From NCBI GenBank assembly GCA_947649225.1, contig CANSQX010000001.1:1-62453 (forward strand): a stretch of 62,453 nucleotides of DNA. The letters are read 5' to 3'. Origin of the DNA: an uncultured Flavonifractor sp. GTDB taxonomy: Bacteria; Bacillota; Clostridia; Oscillospirales; Oscillospiraceae. The position numbers and the translations under genes were made by a program. Numbering within the stretch: position 1 is the first letter of the stretch; every line of letters starts with the position of its first letter. Of this stretch, positions 26,594-36,148 are shown piece by piece. Below the pieces are notes generated by a model. That model was not told the origin of the DNA. It did not search any database and was given only the letters and a program-made list of their open reading frames with translations.

Positions 26594-27472
26594 TCACTTT
26601 CTGTTTGCAATCAGCGCCTGGTACTTCTTTTCCACGGAGGCCAGAGCCTGGTCCAGCTGCTCCTTGGCGATGCCGCCGCCGTGCCACTTCCAGGTGTTCT
26701 CCATGAAGTCCACGCCGCAGCCCTTGGTGGTGTTGGAGATAATGGCCAGGGGCTTGCGCTTCTCGATGGTGGAGGGGGGCAGCTGCTCCAGGCAGCGCAC
26801 CACGTCGGCCATGTCGTTGCCCTGCATCTCCATCACGTCCCAGTTGAAGGCGCGGAACTTTTCGTCCAGGGGGTCGATGTTCATGGTGTCGGCGGTAGCG
26901 CCCGACATCTGGAGCCGGTTCTTATCCACGATGCACACCAGATTGCCCAGCTGGAACTGCGCGGCGGCCATGATGGCCTCCCAGTTGGTGCCCTCCTGAA
27001 TCTCGCCGTCGCCCACGACCACGAAGGTCCGCCAGTTGGCCTTCTGCATCCGGGCGCCCAGGGCCAGACCCACCGCGATGGGCAGCCCGTGGCCCAGAGA
27101 GCCGCAGGAGACCTCGATGGGGTCGATGTACTTGCGGTTGGGGTGCTGGCCGAACACAGCGGTATCCAGGGACTCGAAGTGCTCCAGCATGTACTCGGTG
27201 GTGTACATGCCCAGATCGGCGTAGATGGCGTAGAGGGTCTCGCCGCAGTGGCCCTTGCTCAGCACCAGGCGGTCCCGCTCCTCCCACTGAGGATTCTTGG
27301 GATCGTAGTTCATGTACTTGTAGTACAGCGCCACGGCCAGCTCTACGATGGAGAGCTCCCCGCCCAGGTGGCCCATGCCGATGTGGTACACGAAATTCAG
27401 CAGGTCCTTGCGGATCTTGTAGGACTTGTCTTCCAGCTGGGCAACCAGCTTGCTGTCAACATTTGCGCTCAT
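26594..27472 (-). CDS. Transketolase, N-terminal (TPP-binding) subunit
   Basis: GHLGGELSIVELAVALYY...DRLVLSKGHCGETLYAIYADLG...GSLGHGLPIAVGLALG...VVVGDGEIQEGTNWEAIMAAAQFQLGNLVCIVDKN. Confidence 0.9.
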   Translation of the reverse strand: MSANVDSKLVAQLEDKSYKIRKDLLNFVYHIGMGHLGGELSIVELAVALYYKYMNYDPKNPQWEERDRLVLSKGHCGETLYAIYADLGMYTTEYMLEHFESLDTAVFGQHPNRKYIDPIEVSCGSLGHGLPIAVGLALGARMQKANWRTFVVVGDGEIQEGTNWEAIMAAAQFQLGNLVCIVDKNRLQMSGATADTMNIDPLDEKFRAFNWDVMEMQGNDMADVVRCLEQLPPSTIEKRKPLAIISNTTKGCGVDFMENTWKWHGGGIAKEQLDQALASVEKKYQALIANRK

Positions 27473-27487
27473 TTCGTTTCCTTCCTT

Positions 27488-28546
27488 TCAGAGGTTGTTG
27501 CACTGGATCAGCACCTTGGGGTACTTGCCGGACAGGTGGGCGGCAAAGGCCTCCTGGGACTGATCGATGGAGTAGATGTGCTGGATAAAGGGCTTGAGAT
27601 CCATCCGGGGCAGGAGCTGGAGGGCCCGGGGGAACGCATAGGGCGCTACCAGGGTGCCGGTGATGGTGAGCTCCTTCTTATAGCACTTCTGGTACAGGTT
27701 CAGGGGCATCTCGTAGTCGGCGGGGAACATGGCGATGTAGAGCACCTTGCCGCCGCAGGCCGCGATTTCGGTGGGGATGGGGGCGGCGGGGGCGAAGCCG
27801 CTGGCCTCCACCACCACGTCGAAGCCCAGGCCGCTGGTGATGGTCTCACACTCGGCGATCACGTCCTGGCTGGTAGGGTCGATCACGAAGTCGGCCCCGA
27901 AGTCTTTGGCCAGCGCCCGCCGGTCCGCGATTGGCTCGATGAGGGTGAGGGAGGTGGCGCCGTGGAGCTTCATGAGCTGGAGGGTCAGCAGGCCGATGGG
28001 ACCGCCGCCCTGGATGGCCACCCGGCTGCCCACCTTCATGTCCGCCTTGTCCACGATGCGGGTGGCGATGGAGACCGGCTCCAGAAGACAGGCCTCCGCC
28101 AGGCTCACGCTGTCAGGGAGCTTCCAGACCTGTCCCTCGTCCCACACCACATACTCGGACATGCCGGGGGAGTCGGCCTCGTCCTTGGCGTGCTGGCAGA
28201 ACTGCTGCTGGCCGTTGTTGCAGTGGTAGCAGGAGCCGCAGAACCGCAGGAAGTTGCCGGCCACCCGGTCCCCCACCTTCAGGCCCTTGATGCCGGTTTC
28301 GCTGCCCAGCTCCTCCACCACACCGGAGACCTCGTGCCCCAGGCCAAAGGGGGCCACCCGCTGGGGGAAGATCCCCCCCACCAGATGGGGGTCGGAGCCG
28401 CAGATGGCACAGTAGGCCACGCGGATCTTCACATCATGGGGCCCCACGGGCAGGTCGGGCATCTCCAAGGTCTGGACCACGCCGCGCTCCGCCTCGTCCT
28501 TGGCCTTCATGTTGCCGATTTTTACGGCGCAGATGGTTTTCTTCAT
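27488..28546 (-). CDS. Zn-dependent medium-chain dehydrogenase (polyol/threonine dehydrogenase-like)
   Basis: VAYCAICGSDPHLVGG...GLGHEVSGVVEELG...GDRVAGNFLRFCGSCYHCNNGQQQFCQ (catalytic and structural Zn motifs). Rossmann IQGGGPIGLL. Confidence 0.9.
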   Translation of the reverse strand: MKKTICAVKIGNMKAKDEAERGVVQTLEMPDLPVGPHDVKIRVAYCAICGSDPHLVGGIFPQRVAPFGLGHEVSGVVEELGSETGIKGLKVGDRVAGNFLRFCGSCYHCNNGQQQFCQHAKDEADSPGMSEYVVWDEGQVWKLPDSVSLAEACLLEPVSIATRIVDKADMKVGSRVAIQGGGPIGLLTLQLMKLHGATSLTLIEPIADRRALAKDFGADFVIDPTSQDVIAECETITSGLGFDVVVEASGFAPAAPIPTEIAACGGKVLYIAMFPADYEMPLNLYQKCYKKELTITGTLVAPYAFPRALQLLPRMDLKPFIQHIYSIDQSQEAFAAHLSGKYPKVLIQCNNL

Positions 28547-28560
28547 GGGGAAGCGCCTCC

Positions 28561-29346
28561 TTACAGGGTAGTGGTGAAGCCGCCGTCCACGTTGATGGTC
28601 CAGCCGTTGATATAGTTGGAGGCATCGCTGGCCAGGAACACGGCGGTGCCCATCAGGTCATAGGCGCAACCCCAGCGGCCGTCCGGAATGCGGCTGTTGA
28701 TCTTGTCATAAAAGGCCTTGTTGTCCGAGATAGCCTTGTTGATTTCGGTCTGATAGAAGCCGGGCGCGATGGCGTTGGTCTGAATGTTGTACTGGCCCAG
28801 CTCGTTGGCGAAGGTACGGGTGATGCCCACGATGGCGTGCTTGGAGGCCACATAGGGCGGGCAGAGCTTGTCGGCGGTGAAGGACAGGGCGGAGGCGATG
28901 TTGATGATCTTGCCGGAGCGCTGCTTGGCCATCACCTTACCCACCTCATGGCTCAGATAATAGACGGCGTTCATGTTGAGGTTGATCACCTTCTGCCAGG
29001 CCTCGTCGGGGTAATCCAGGAAATCGTGGAACACGCCCATGCCGGCGTTGTTGACCAGAATGTCAATCTTGCCGTAGGCGTCCAGACAGCCCTTCACCAC
29101 GTCGTTGACGTGGTCTTTCTGGGTCAGATCGCCCTTGAGGAAGGTGACCTTGCGGCCCTCGGCCTCAATGAGCTTGCGGATGGTGTCGGTCTCGTCGGTG
29201 AAGTGGGGGATAAACAGGTCGGCGCCCGCCTTGGCAAAGGCTAAGGCATAGGCCATACCCAAGTTCTGGTTTGCGCCGGTGACAATAGCGGCCTTTCCCT
29301 TCAGGGAGAACATGTCCATGGAAAACTCGGTGATTTCGTGGGTCAT
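28561..29346 (-). CDS. SDR-family oxidoreductase (KduD/gluconate-5-dehydrogenase-like)
   Basis: KAAIVTGANQNLGMAYALAFAKAGA (TGxxxGxG-type), NNAGM, and the YVASKHAIVGITR catalytic Y-x3-K. Confidence 0.9.
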   Translation of the reverse strand: MTHEITEFSMDMFSLKGKAAIVTGANQNLGMAYALAFAKAGADLFIPHFTDETDTIRKLIEAEGRKVTFLKGDLTQKDHVNDVVKGCLDAYGKIDILVNNAGMGVFHDFLDYPDEAWQKVINLNMNAVYYLSHEVGKVMAKQRSGKIINIASALSFTADKLCPPYVASKHAIVGITRTFANELGQYNIQTNAIAPGFYQTEINKAISDNKAFYDKINSRIPDGRWGCAYDLMGTAVFLASDASNYINGWTINVDGGFTTTL

Positions 29347-29495
29347 AATGAATCGCTCCTTACTTTTTTAGATAGCAAGGGCTCGGCGGCAGGGTTTCCG
29401 AAGGGAGGCCCGGCCCCCGCCGTCCGGCCCAGGGGAAAAGGCGGACGGCAGAAGCGCAAGCCCTTTGCTGACGGAAGAGAAATAGGGGGTGGGGG

Positions 29496-30875
29496 TCAGG
29501 CGCCGGCGTTGGCGGCGTTGTACTCGTCAATATTTTGCAGCGTCCAGGGGGCCTGGGGCGGGAACTCCTCGTTGGGATCGTAATAGTCCTCCACGTTGTC
29601 CACATTGATACAGCCGGTGGGAGTGAACACATTGGCGGGGAGATTGTTGGCGTCATACCCGTCCAGAATATCGTGGATGATGTCGATGATGCCGCCGCCC
29701 GCGTAGTAGGGCACATTGGTGCCGGTGGCCAGCATTTTGCCCTCCATGATGTACTCCAAAACGTACTTGGCGCCGTCGGCGGCGCAGCAGACGTACACAT
29801 CCTCGCCGGGCGTCAGATTGTGCAGCTCCAGCTCTTGGAGCACGCCGGGGGACAGAGAGTCGGTCTCCACAAAGACCATATCCATGGTGGGGTGGCCAGT
29901 GATGAGGTCGGCGGCCACCTGCTGGCCGGAGCTGGTATCCGTACCGCCCGCAGCCACATAGCCCACCAGGTCCATCGTCCCGTCAATCTGGGCGGAGCCC
30001 TGATCCCGCAGTTCAATCCAGATGTTGTAGCCGTCCAGCACGCCGTCCCACCGGGAGGGATAGGGGTTGCCGTCCAGCTCGGCCTTTTTGACCAGATAGC
30101 CGCTGATGAACCCGCAGGGGCGGCTGTTGGAAAGGCCGTCGCCGGCGCGGCTGATAACGAAGCCCACCTCCATGGGCGCTCCGTTCAGCTCGTCGTAGAG
30201 CTTTTCGGCCACATACTCGCCCACCGCGTAGCCGGCCTCAAAGCTGGAGGAGAGGATGGCGGTGACGATGGGGTACTCCGCGTTGGCCGTGGTGGGGCCC
30301 AGCAGAATGACCGGAATGCCCTGGCTGACTGCCTGCTGGTAGTAGACCAGCGTGGCGTCGATATCCACAGCGTTGACCACCAGGAAATCCACCCCCTGGG
30401 TGAGGAAGGTGTCAATCTGGGTCATCTGGGTGTTCAGGTCAAAGTTGCAGTTCTGGTAGTGGAGGGTATAGCCGTACTCGTCGCACTTGGCCTGGGCGGA
30501 GTCGTACAGCTCGGTGAAGTAGGTGGAGGCCAGGGAGACGCTGGCCCAGCCGATGGTGATGTCGTCGTCGTTGGTCTTGGACATGGGCAGTCCCTTGTCG
30601 ATGTCCGCACGGCTCTCCAGGTGGGCCGCCTGAAGGCCGCCCAGGGGGAGCTTATCCTCCTTGGAGAGCAGGATATCCAACGCCGACTCCGCCGCGCCGC
30701 CGGACGCGCCGGGGGCATCGGGGGTGGGGGCGGCGGGATCGGCGGGCGCAGTGCCGGCAGGAGGTGCGCCGGTACCGCCGGAGGAAGGGGGTTCACTGCC
30801 TCCGCCGCAGGCGGTCAGGCTCAGCGCCAGCACGCCTGCCAGCAGAAGGGACAGGGCTGCGTGGTACGTTTTCAT
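29496..30875 (-). CDS. Sugar ABC transporter substrate-binding lipoprotein (PBP1 type), paralog 1
   Basis: Lipobox ALSLTACGGG, then a Pro/Ala/Gly-rich linker. ITIGWASVSLASTYFTELYDSAQAKCDEYGY...GVDFLVVNAVDIDA...GIPVILLG. Confidence 0.85.
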   Translation of the reverse strand: MKTYHAALSLLLAGVLALSLTACGGGSEPPSSGGTGAPPAGTAPADPAAPTPDAPGASGGAAESALDILLSKEDKLPLGGLQAAHLESRADIDKGLPMSKTNDDDITIGWASVSLASTYFTELYDSAQAKCDEYGYTLHYQNCNFDLNTQMTQIDTFLTQGVDFLVVNAVDIDATLVYYQQAVSQGIPVILLGPTTANAEYPIVTAILSSSFEAGYAVGEYVAEKLYDELNGAPMEVGFVISRAGDGLSNSRPCGFISGYLVKKAELDGNPYPSRWDGVLDGYNIWIELRDQGSAQIDGTMDLVGYVAAGGTDTSSGQQVAADLITGHPTMDMVFVETDSLSPGVLQELELHNLTPGEDVYVCCAADGAKYVLEYIMEGKMLATGTNVPYYAGGGIIDIIHDILDGYDANNLPANVFTPTGCINVDNVEDYYDPNEEFPPQAPWTLQNIDEYNAANAGA

Positions 30876-30930
30876 CGTTCACAGCGCTCCTTCTCTCTGT
30901 AATTTGGGGTTACGGACGCAGGATTGCGGT

Positions 30931-31902
30931 TCAGGGGCAGATCAGGTTCTTCATGCCGCGGGTGCGGAAAGCCGCCTCGCACGCCTCCAGGCTGTACTTC
31001 CGGGTGATCAGGCCGTCGAAGCGGAGCTGCCCGCGGTCCAGCATGTCGATGATCCGGGGCCAGTTCTCCCACAGGCTGCAGTTGGAGCCCTGGACGGTGA
31101 TCTCCTTCTGTACGATGTCGCCAAAGCTGCCGAGGTGGACGCCGCCGGGGGCGGTGAGGGCCAGCTCGATGAGCTTGCCCCCCCGGGCCACCAGGGAGAC
31201 CGCCTGGGCGATGCTCTGCTCGGAGCCGCCGGTCTCGAAGCAGACCCGGACGCCCCGCCCATTGGTGCGCTCCAGGATCGTCTGACGCACGTCGTCCCGG
31301 TCGCTCATAAGGATCTCCGGAATGCCCAGCGCCTTCCCGAGAGCCAGCCGGCCGGCGCTGGTGGTGCGGCCGATGAGGAACACCCGGGCTCCGCCGGCGC
31401 GGGCCACCAGGGCGGCCATCATACCGATGGCCCCCGCACCGATGACGGCGACGTCATCGGCGGGGCGCAGATCGGCGTAGTCCAGGACCGCATGGCCGGA
31501 CACACAGGCGGGCTCAATCAGAGTCCCGTCCTCGAAGCTGATGGAGTCGGGGAGGCGGAAGGTGTACTTCTCCTCCATGCAGACATACTCCGCCATAGCG
31601 CCGTCGCAGTGGACGCCTACAATGCAGAGACTGTCTGCGGTACGGAAGGGCTGGGCGGTGACCCGGTCCCCCACCTGGAAGCGGGTGACCTCGCTGCCCA
31701 CGGCGCACACGGTGCCCGTAAACTCATGACCCGGTATAAAGGGCTTGGTCTCCATGGGGATAACCCCCTGGTAGGCGTGGATATCGGACCCGCAGACGCC
31801 GCAGCAGGCGACCTTAATCTTGACCTCGTCCCGCCGCGGCTCCGGCTCCGGGACCTCCCGGCACACCAGCCGGCCCACGTCCTCCTGTACAACTGCTCTC
31901 AT
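30931..31902 (-). CDS. Zn-dependent medium-chain dehydrogenase (sorbitol/L-iditol dehydrogenase-like)
   Basis: VACCGVCGSDIHAYQG...PGHEFTGTVCAVGSEV...GDRV. Rossmann VIGAGAIGMMAAL. Confidence 0.9.
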   Translation of the reverse strand: MRAVVQEDVGRLVCREVPEPEPRRDEVKIKVACCGVCGSDIHAYQGVIPMETKPFIPGHEFTGTVCAVGSEVTRFQVGDRVTAQPFRTADSLCIVGVHCDGAMAEYVCMEEKYTFRLPDSISFEDGTLIEPACVSGHAVLDYADLRPADDVAVIGAGAIGMMAALVARAGGARVFLIGRTTSAGRLALGKALGIPEILMSDRDDVRQTILERTNGRGVRVCFETGGSEQSIAQAVSLVARGGKLIELALTAPGGVHLGSFGDIVQKEITVQGSNCSLWENWPRIIDMLDRGQLRFDGLITRKYSLEACEAAFRTRGMKNLICP

Positions 31903-31944
31903 AGGTCAGCTCCTGTCTGGTTAGTCGGATCGGTACGGGGACGC

Positions 31945-33321
31945 TCAGTCGTTGGCGTGGGCGGCGTTGTACTCGTCCACGGTCTGGATGTTCCACTCGG
32001 CGGCGGGGGCGAACTCCTGGTCGGGGGAGTAGTACTCGTCGATGTTGTCCACGTTGACGCAGTAGGTGGGGGTGAAGGAGTTGACGGGCAGGTCGTTGGC
32101 GTCATAGCCGTCCAGGATCATGTGGATGAGGTCGATGGCGCCGCCGCCGGAATAGTAGGGGGAGTTGGAGGCCACGGCCAGCATCTTGCCCTCCTTGATG
32201 TACTCCAGGGTGTAGTTGGCGGCATCGGCGCCGCAGAACACGTAGATGTCCTCGCCGGGCTTCATGTTGTGCTGCTCCAGCTCCTGCAGGACGCCCGGGC
32301 CCAGGGAGTCGGTCTCGCACATCACGGCCTCCATGTCGGGGTGAGCGGTGATCAGGTCGGCAGCAGCGGTCTGGGCGGAGTTGGCGTCGGTGCCGCCGGC
32401 GGCCACATAGCCCACCAGGTCCAGCACGCCGTCCACGGTGTAGGAGCCGTTGTTACGGGCGGTGGTCCAGGCCTTGTAGCCGTCCAGAGTGGCCTCCCAC
32501 TTGCCGGGATAGGGGTTGCCGGAGAGCTCGGCATGCTTCTCCAGGTAACCGGAGACGAAGCCGCAGGGGCGGGAGTTGGAGTCGGCGTCACCGGCGCGGC
32601 TGATGACGAAGCCCACCTTCATGGCGTGGTCGCCCATCTCGTCGTAGAGCTTCTCGGCCAAGTACTGGCCCACAGCGTAGCCGGACTCAAAGGAGCCGGA
32701 CAGGATGGTGGTGACGATGGGGTAGTCGGGCTGGGCGGCGGTGGGGCCGCAGGTGATGACGGGGATGCCCTGCTCCACGGCGCGCTGATAGTAGACCACA
32801 TTGGCGTCGATATCGACCGCGTTGATGACCAGGAAGTCCACGCCCTGGGTCAGATAGGTGTCGATGTGGGTCTGCTGGGCGTTCAGGTCGAAGTTGGCGT
32901 TCTGATAGCGCAGCTCATAGCCGTACTCGTCGCACTTCTGCTGGGCGGAGTTGTACATCTCGGTGAAGAAGGTGGAGCCCTGGGAGGCCCCGGCGAAGCC
33001 GATGACGATCTTGTCGTCGTTGGTCTTGTTCACGGGCAGAGCCTTGTTGACGCTGGCGCGGCTGTCCAGATGGGCCGCCTGGAGGCCGCCCAGAGGGAGC
33101 TTATCCTCCATGGCCAGCAGCTGATCCAGGGCGCTCATGCCGCTGGTGTCGCCGCCGCCGGGCTCGGTGGTATCGGCAGGGGGCGCGTCGGGGGTGGTGG
33201 TGTCGGCGGGGGGCGTGTCGGGGGCGCCGCCGCCGGGCTGACCGCCGCTGTTGCAGGCACACAGGGCAACCAGCATGGCGGCTGCCAGGAGCAGGGCCAG
33301 AATTCTTGCGGTTTTCTTCAT
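31945..33321 (-). CDS. Sugar ABC transporter substrate-binding lipoprotein (PBP1 type), paralog 2
   Basis: Lipobox MLVALCACNSGG. A Pro/Thr/Asp-rich linker. Long blocks shared with paralog 1 (EDKLPLGGLQAAHL, KCDEYGY, GVDFLVxNAVDIDA, SNSRPCGFxSGYL). Confidence 0.85.
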   Translation of the reverse strand: MKKTARILALLLAAAMLVALCACNSGGQPGGGAPDTPPADTTTPDAPPADTTEPGGGDTSGMSALDQLLAMEDKLPLGGLQAAHLDSRASVNKALPVNKTNDDKIVIGFAGASQGSTFFTEMYNSAQQKCDEYGYELRYQNANFDLNAQQTHIDTYLTQGVDFLVINAVDIDANVVYYQRAVEQGIPVITCGPTAAQPDYPIVTTILSGSFESGYAVGQYLAEKLYDEMGDHAMKVGFVISRAGDADSNSRPCGFVSGYLEKHAELSGNPYPGKWEATLDGYKAWTTARNNGSYTVDGVLDLVGYVAAGGTDANSAQTAAADLITAHPDMEAVMCETDSLGPGVLQELEQHNMKPGEDIYVFCGADAANYTLEYIKEGKMLAVASNSPYYSGGGAIDLIHMILDGYDANDLPVNSFTPTYCVNVDNIDEYYSPDQEFAPAAEWNIQTVDEYNAAHAND

Positions 33322-33414
33322 TGTTTCCTTCCTCCTAGTAGTTCGTATTTGGTTTCTATTCAGCGCGGTGCCGCGCGGAATAACAGGGGGGGCGGAGCCA
33401 GGGCTCCGTGGCGC

Positions 33415-34455
33415 TTAGTGGTGCTTCTTGCTGGTGACGCTCTTAAGCAGGACGGCCAGGATGATGACGGCGGCCTTGACCACCATCTGGGGGTAGGAGG
33501 CCACGTTCACCAGGTTCATGATGTTGCCGATAACGGCCATAATCAGGATGCCGACCACGCTGAGGAGCACCGAGCCCTCGCCGCCGGCCAGGCTGGCGCC
33601 GCCGATGACCACGCCCGCAATGGTAGTCATGGGGTAGTCCACGCCGGCAGTCAGGGCGGAGGCGTTGCCGGAGCGGGAGGTGATCACCACGCCGGCGATG
33701 CCGCAGAGGATACCGCCGATGAGGTAGACCAGGAAGAGGTACTTCTTGGAGTTGATGCCGGCCAGCTGCACGGCGGACTCATTGGAGCCGATGGCATAGA
33801 CCATCCGGCCGAAAGTGGTGTACTTCATCAGGAAGAAGAAGATGGCGACCACCACGGCGGCGAAGATGACCGCCACGGGCACAGGGCCGATGGAGTTGAC
33901 CGAGAAGCCCACCAGCTCCTTGTAGCCCTCGGTCTTGGAGTCCAGCATCAGGGTGTTGCCCTTGGTGATGATGTAGCAGATGCCCTCGCCGGCCGTCATG
34001 GTGGCCAGGGTGACGATGAAAGCCGGCATCCGGAGCCGGGCAATCAAAAAGCCGTTGACTGCGCCGAAGATGGCGCCCATCAGCACGCCCAGCAGCACCG
34101 CGCCCACAGTACCGATGCCGCCGCCGGACATGCCCCAGTTGATCATGGCGTAGGCGGTGACAATGCTGGACACGCCGGCCACCGAGGCCGCGCCCAGGTC
34201 AATGCCGCCGGTGATGATGATGATCAGCATGCTCATGCCGATGATGATGTACGGAACCTGCTGGCGCAGGGTGGTGAAGATGTTGGTGGGTGTGCAGAAC
34301 ATGGGAGAGATGCAGGACGCCACAATAAAGAGCGCGATAAAGATGATGATACAGTTGTATTTCATCAAAAAGCCGCTGACCGTCAGCTTCTGGGTCCCGC
34401 GGGAGGCGGCCAGGGTGCTCTCCGGCGCGGCAGTGTTCTTTTCTTTTACCTTCAT
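33415..34455 (-). CDS. Sugar ABC transporter permease (RbsC/AraH-like)
   Basis: Polytopic membrane protein. ...TGGIDLGAASVAGVSSIV... and ...GRMVYAIGSNESAVQLAGINSKKY... are signatures of the ribose-type permease family. The start overlaps the ATPase stop. Confidence 0.9.
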   Translation of the reverse strand: MKVKEKNTAAPESTLAASRGTQKLTVSGFLMKYNCIIIFIALFIVASCISPMFCTPTNIFTTLRQQVPYIIIGMSMLIIIITGGIDLGAASVAGVSSIVTAYAMINWGMSGGGIGTVGAVLLGVLMGAIFGAVNGFLIARLRMPAFIVTLATMTAGEGICYIITKGNTLMLDSKTEGYKELVGFSVNSIGPVPVAVIFAAVVVAIFFFLMKYTTFGRMVYAIGSNESAVQLAGINSKKYLFLVYLIGGILCGIAGVVITSRSGNASALTAGVDYPMTTIAGVVIGGASLAGGEGSVLLSVVGILIMAVIGNIMNLVNVASYPQMVVKAAVIILAVLLKSVTSKKHH

Positions 34456-35954
34456 TGTTCCTTTACCCCCATCGCATATTGAATGATGTTCATCTCGGAG
34501 AGCTCATCCCGCTGGAGCTCTCCAACGCTGCGGCCCTCGCGGATCACGACGGCCCGGTCGCACATGCCGATGATCTCGGCCATCTCAGAGGAGATCATCA
34601 CCACGGCGTACCGCTTGGCCACCAGCTCGTTGATGATCTTGAAGATCTCCACCTTGGCGCCCACGTCCACGCCGCGGGTGGGCTCATCCAGGAAGACGAT
34701 CTTGGAGTCGGTGGCCAGGATCTTGGCGATGGCGACCTTCTGCTGGTTGCCGCCGGAGAGGGAGTCCACGTCGTTGTTCACCGAGGCGGTCTTGATGGTG
34801 ACCTCCTTGACGTATTTGTCCACGATGGGGGTCTCCTTGCTCTTGAAGATCCAGCCGAAGGGGGCGATCTTCTTCTGGCAGGACAGGGTGATGTTCTGGT
34901 AGATGGGGCGGCGGAGCAGCACGCCCTGGTTTTTCCGGTCCTCCGGCAGAAAGCCGATGCCGTGGGCATAGGCGTCCTTGGTGGAGCGCAGATGGATCTG
35001 CTCGCCCCGCAGGGTGACGGTGCCCCCCTCCAGCTTATCCACGCCCAGGATGGCCCGCACGGCCTCGGTCCGTCCCGCGCCTACCAGGCCGCTGAGCCCC
35101 AGTACCTCGCCCTCCCGGACCTCGAAGGAGATGTCCTTCACGGCCATGCCGGACTTGATGTGCTCGGCCTTGAAGACCACCTCGCCGATGTCGGGGGTAC
35201 GGGGCGGGAAGAAGGTGGCCATATCCCGGCCGATCATCATGGCCACCAGCTGGTTGCGGTCGATCTCCTTGGTGTTGACGGTGCCCACGTACTGGCCGTC
35301 CTTCAGAACGGTGATCCGGTCGGAGATCCGGAAGATCTCGTCCAGCCGGTGGGAGACGTAGACGATGGACACGCCCTTGTCCCGCAGGCGGTTGATCAGC
35401 ACGAAGAGCTGCTCCACCTCCTTGGTGGTCATCACGGCGGTGGGCTCGTCGAGCACCAGCACCGAGGCGTTGCGGATCAGGGCCTTGCAGATCTCCACCA
35501 CCTGCTGGTAGGCCACGCTCAGGTCCCGCACCACCGTGTTCACGTTGATGTGGCCGAAGCCCAGGTCCTCCAGGCACTGCTTGGCCTTGGCCCGCATCTG
35601 GGACCAGTTGATGATGGGCTTGCCGTCCCGGAAGTCGTCCAGCAGGATATTTTCCGCCACCGTCAGGTGCTGCACCAGGGCGAACTCCTGGTAAATGACC
35701 GAGATGCCGTTGAGAATCCCGTCCTTGGGGTTGGCAATATGTACAGGCTTCCCCTTGAGCTTGATCTCTCCGCTGTCCGCCGGACCCACGCCCGAGAGAC
35801 ACCGGATCAGCGTGGACTTGCCTGCACCATTTTCGCCCATCAGCGCGTGAATTTCCCCGTGGCGGACGCAGAATTCTGCGTCCTGAAGGGCCTTGACGCC
35901 GCTGAAGCTCTTGCATATATGGTGCATTTCTACTTCATACTCGTAGTCAGACAT
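34452..35954 (-). CDS. Sugar ABC transporter ATP-binding protein (duplicated NBD, RbsA/MglA-like)
   Basis: Walker A GENGAGKST, signature LSVAYQQ, Walker B VLVLDEPT. Second NBD LSGGNQQKVAIAK and IVFLDEPTRGVD. RBS ggagg. Confidence 0.95.
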   Translation of the reverse strand: MSDYEYEVEMHHICKSFSGVKALQDAEFCVRHGEIHALMGENGAGKSTLIRCLSGVGPADSGEIKLKGKPVHIANPKDGILNGISVIYQEFALVQHLTVAENILLDDFRDGKPIINWSQMRAKAKQCLEDLGFGHINVNTVVRDLSVAYQQVVEICKALIRNASVLVLDEPTAVMTTKEVEQLFVLINRLRDKGVSIVYVSHRLDEIFRISDRITVLKDGQYVGTVNTKEIDRNQLVAMMIGRDMATFFPPRTPDIGEVVFKAEHIKSGMAVKDISFEVREGEVLGLSGLVGAGRTEAVRAILGVDKLEGGTVTLRGEQIHLRSTKDAYAHGIGFLPEDRKNQGVLLRRPIYQNITLSCQKKIAPFGWIFKSKETPIVDKYVKEVTIKTASVNNDVDSLSGGNQQKVAIAKILATDSKIVFLDEPTRGVDVGAKVEIFKIINELVAKRYAVVMISSEMAEIIGMCDRAVVIREGRSVGELQRDELSEMNIIQYAMGVKEQ

Positions 35955-36148
35955 GTTGAAATGTCCGCCTCCCCCCTAATGTTCAAAATAGATGACAGCC
36001 GGGTGGCCGGAGCGCCCCGTTGATAGGGGCCCGGCTTTCTGTACTAAGCAGTATACATGAACCGTCCGTGAAAAAGGGGCCTTTTTTTGTTCTATTGGTG
36101 CAATTAGTTATGGTGCCTTCCGCTCGAAATTCCATTTTTTTCATATCC

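Noticed and set aside
29347-29495. GC-rich dyads between binding protein 1 and the SDR gene as a possible internal terminator
   Set aside because: The stems are short and imperfect and there is no U-tract. At most this is an mRNA-processing or stability element, which I cannot support from sequence alone.
33166-33225. Imperfect 27-30-nt tandem duplication
   Set aside because: It lies inside the coding Pro/Thr/Asp-rich tether of binding protein 2 (TPPADTTT / DAPPADTTE). This is low-complexity linker expansion, not a CRISPR or regulatory repeat.
30661-34482. 1273-aa plus-strand ORF spanning four minus-strand genes
   Set aside because: It runs antisense across the binding-protein, dehydrogenase and permease genes, which all have clear family signatures, RBSs and lipoboxes. 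Its composition (G/A/V/D/H-rich) is that of an artefact.
36071-36090. aaaaaggggccttttttt looked like a terminator
   Set aside because: The complementary arms leave a loop of only 2 nt, so no stable hairpin can form.
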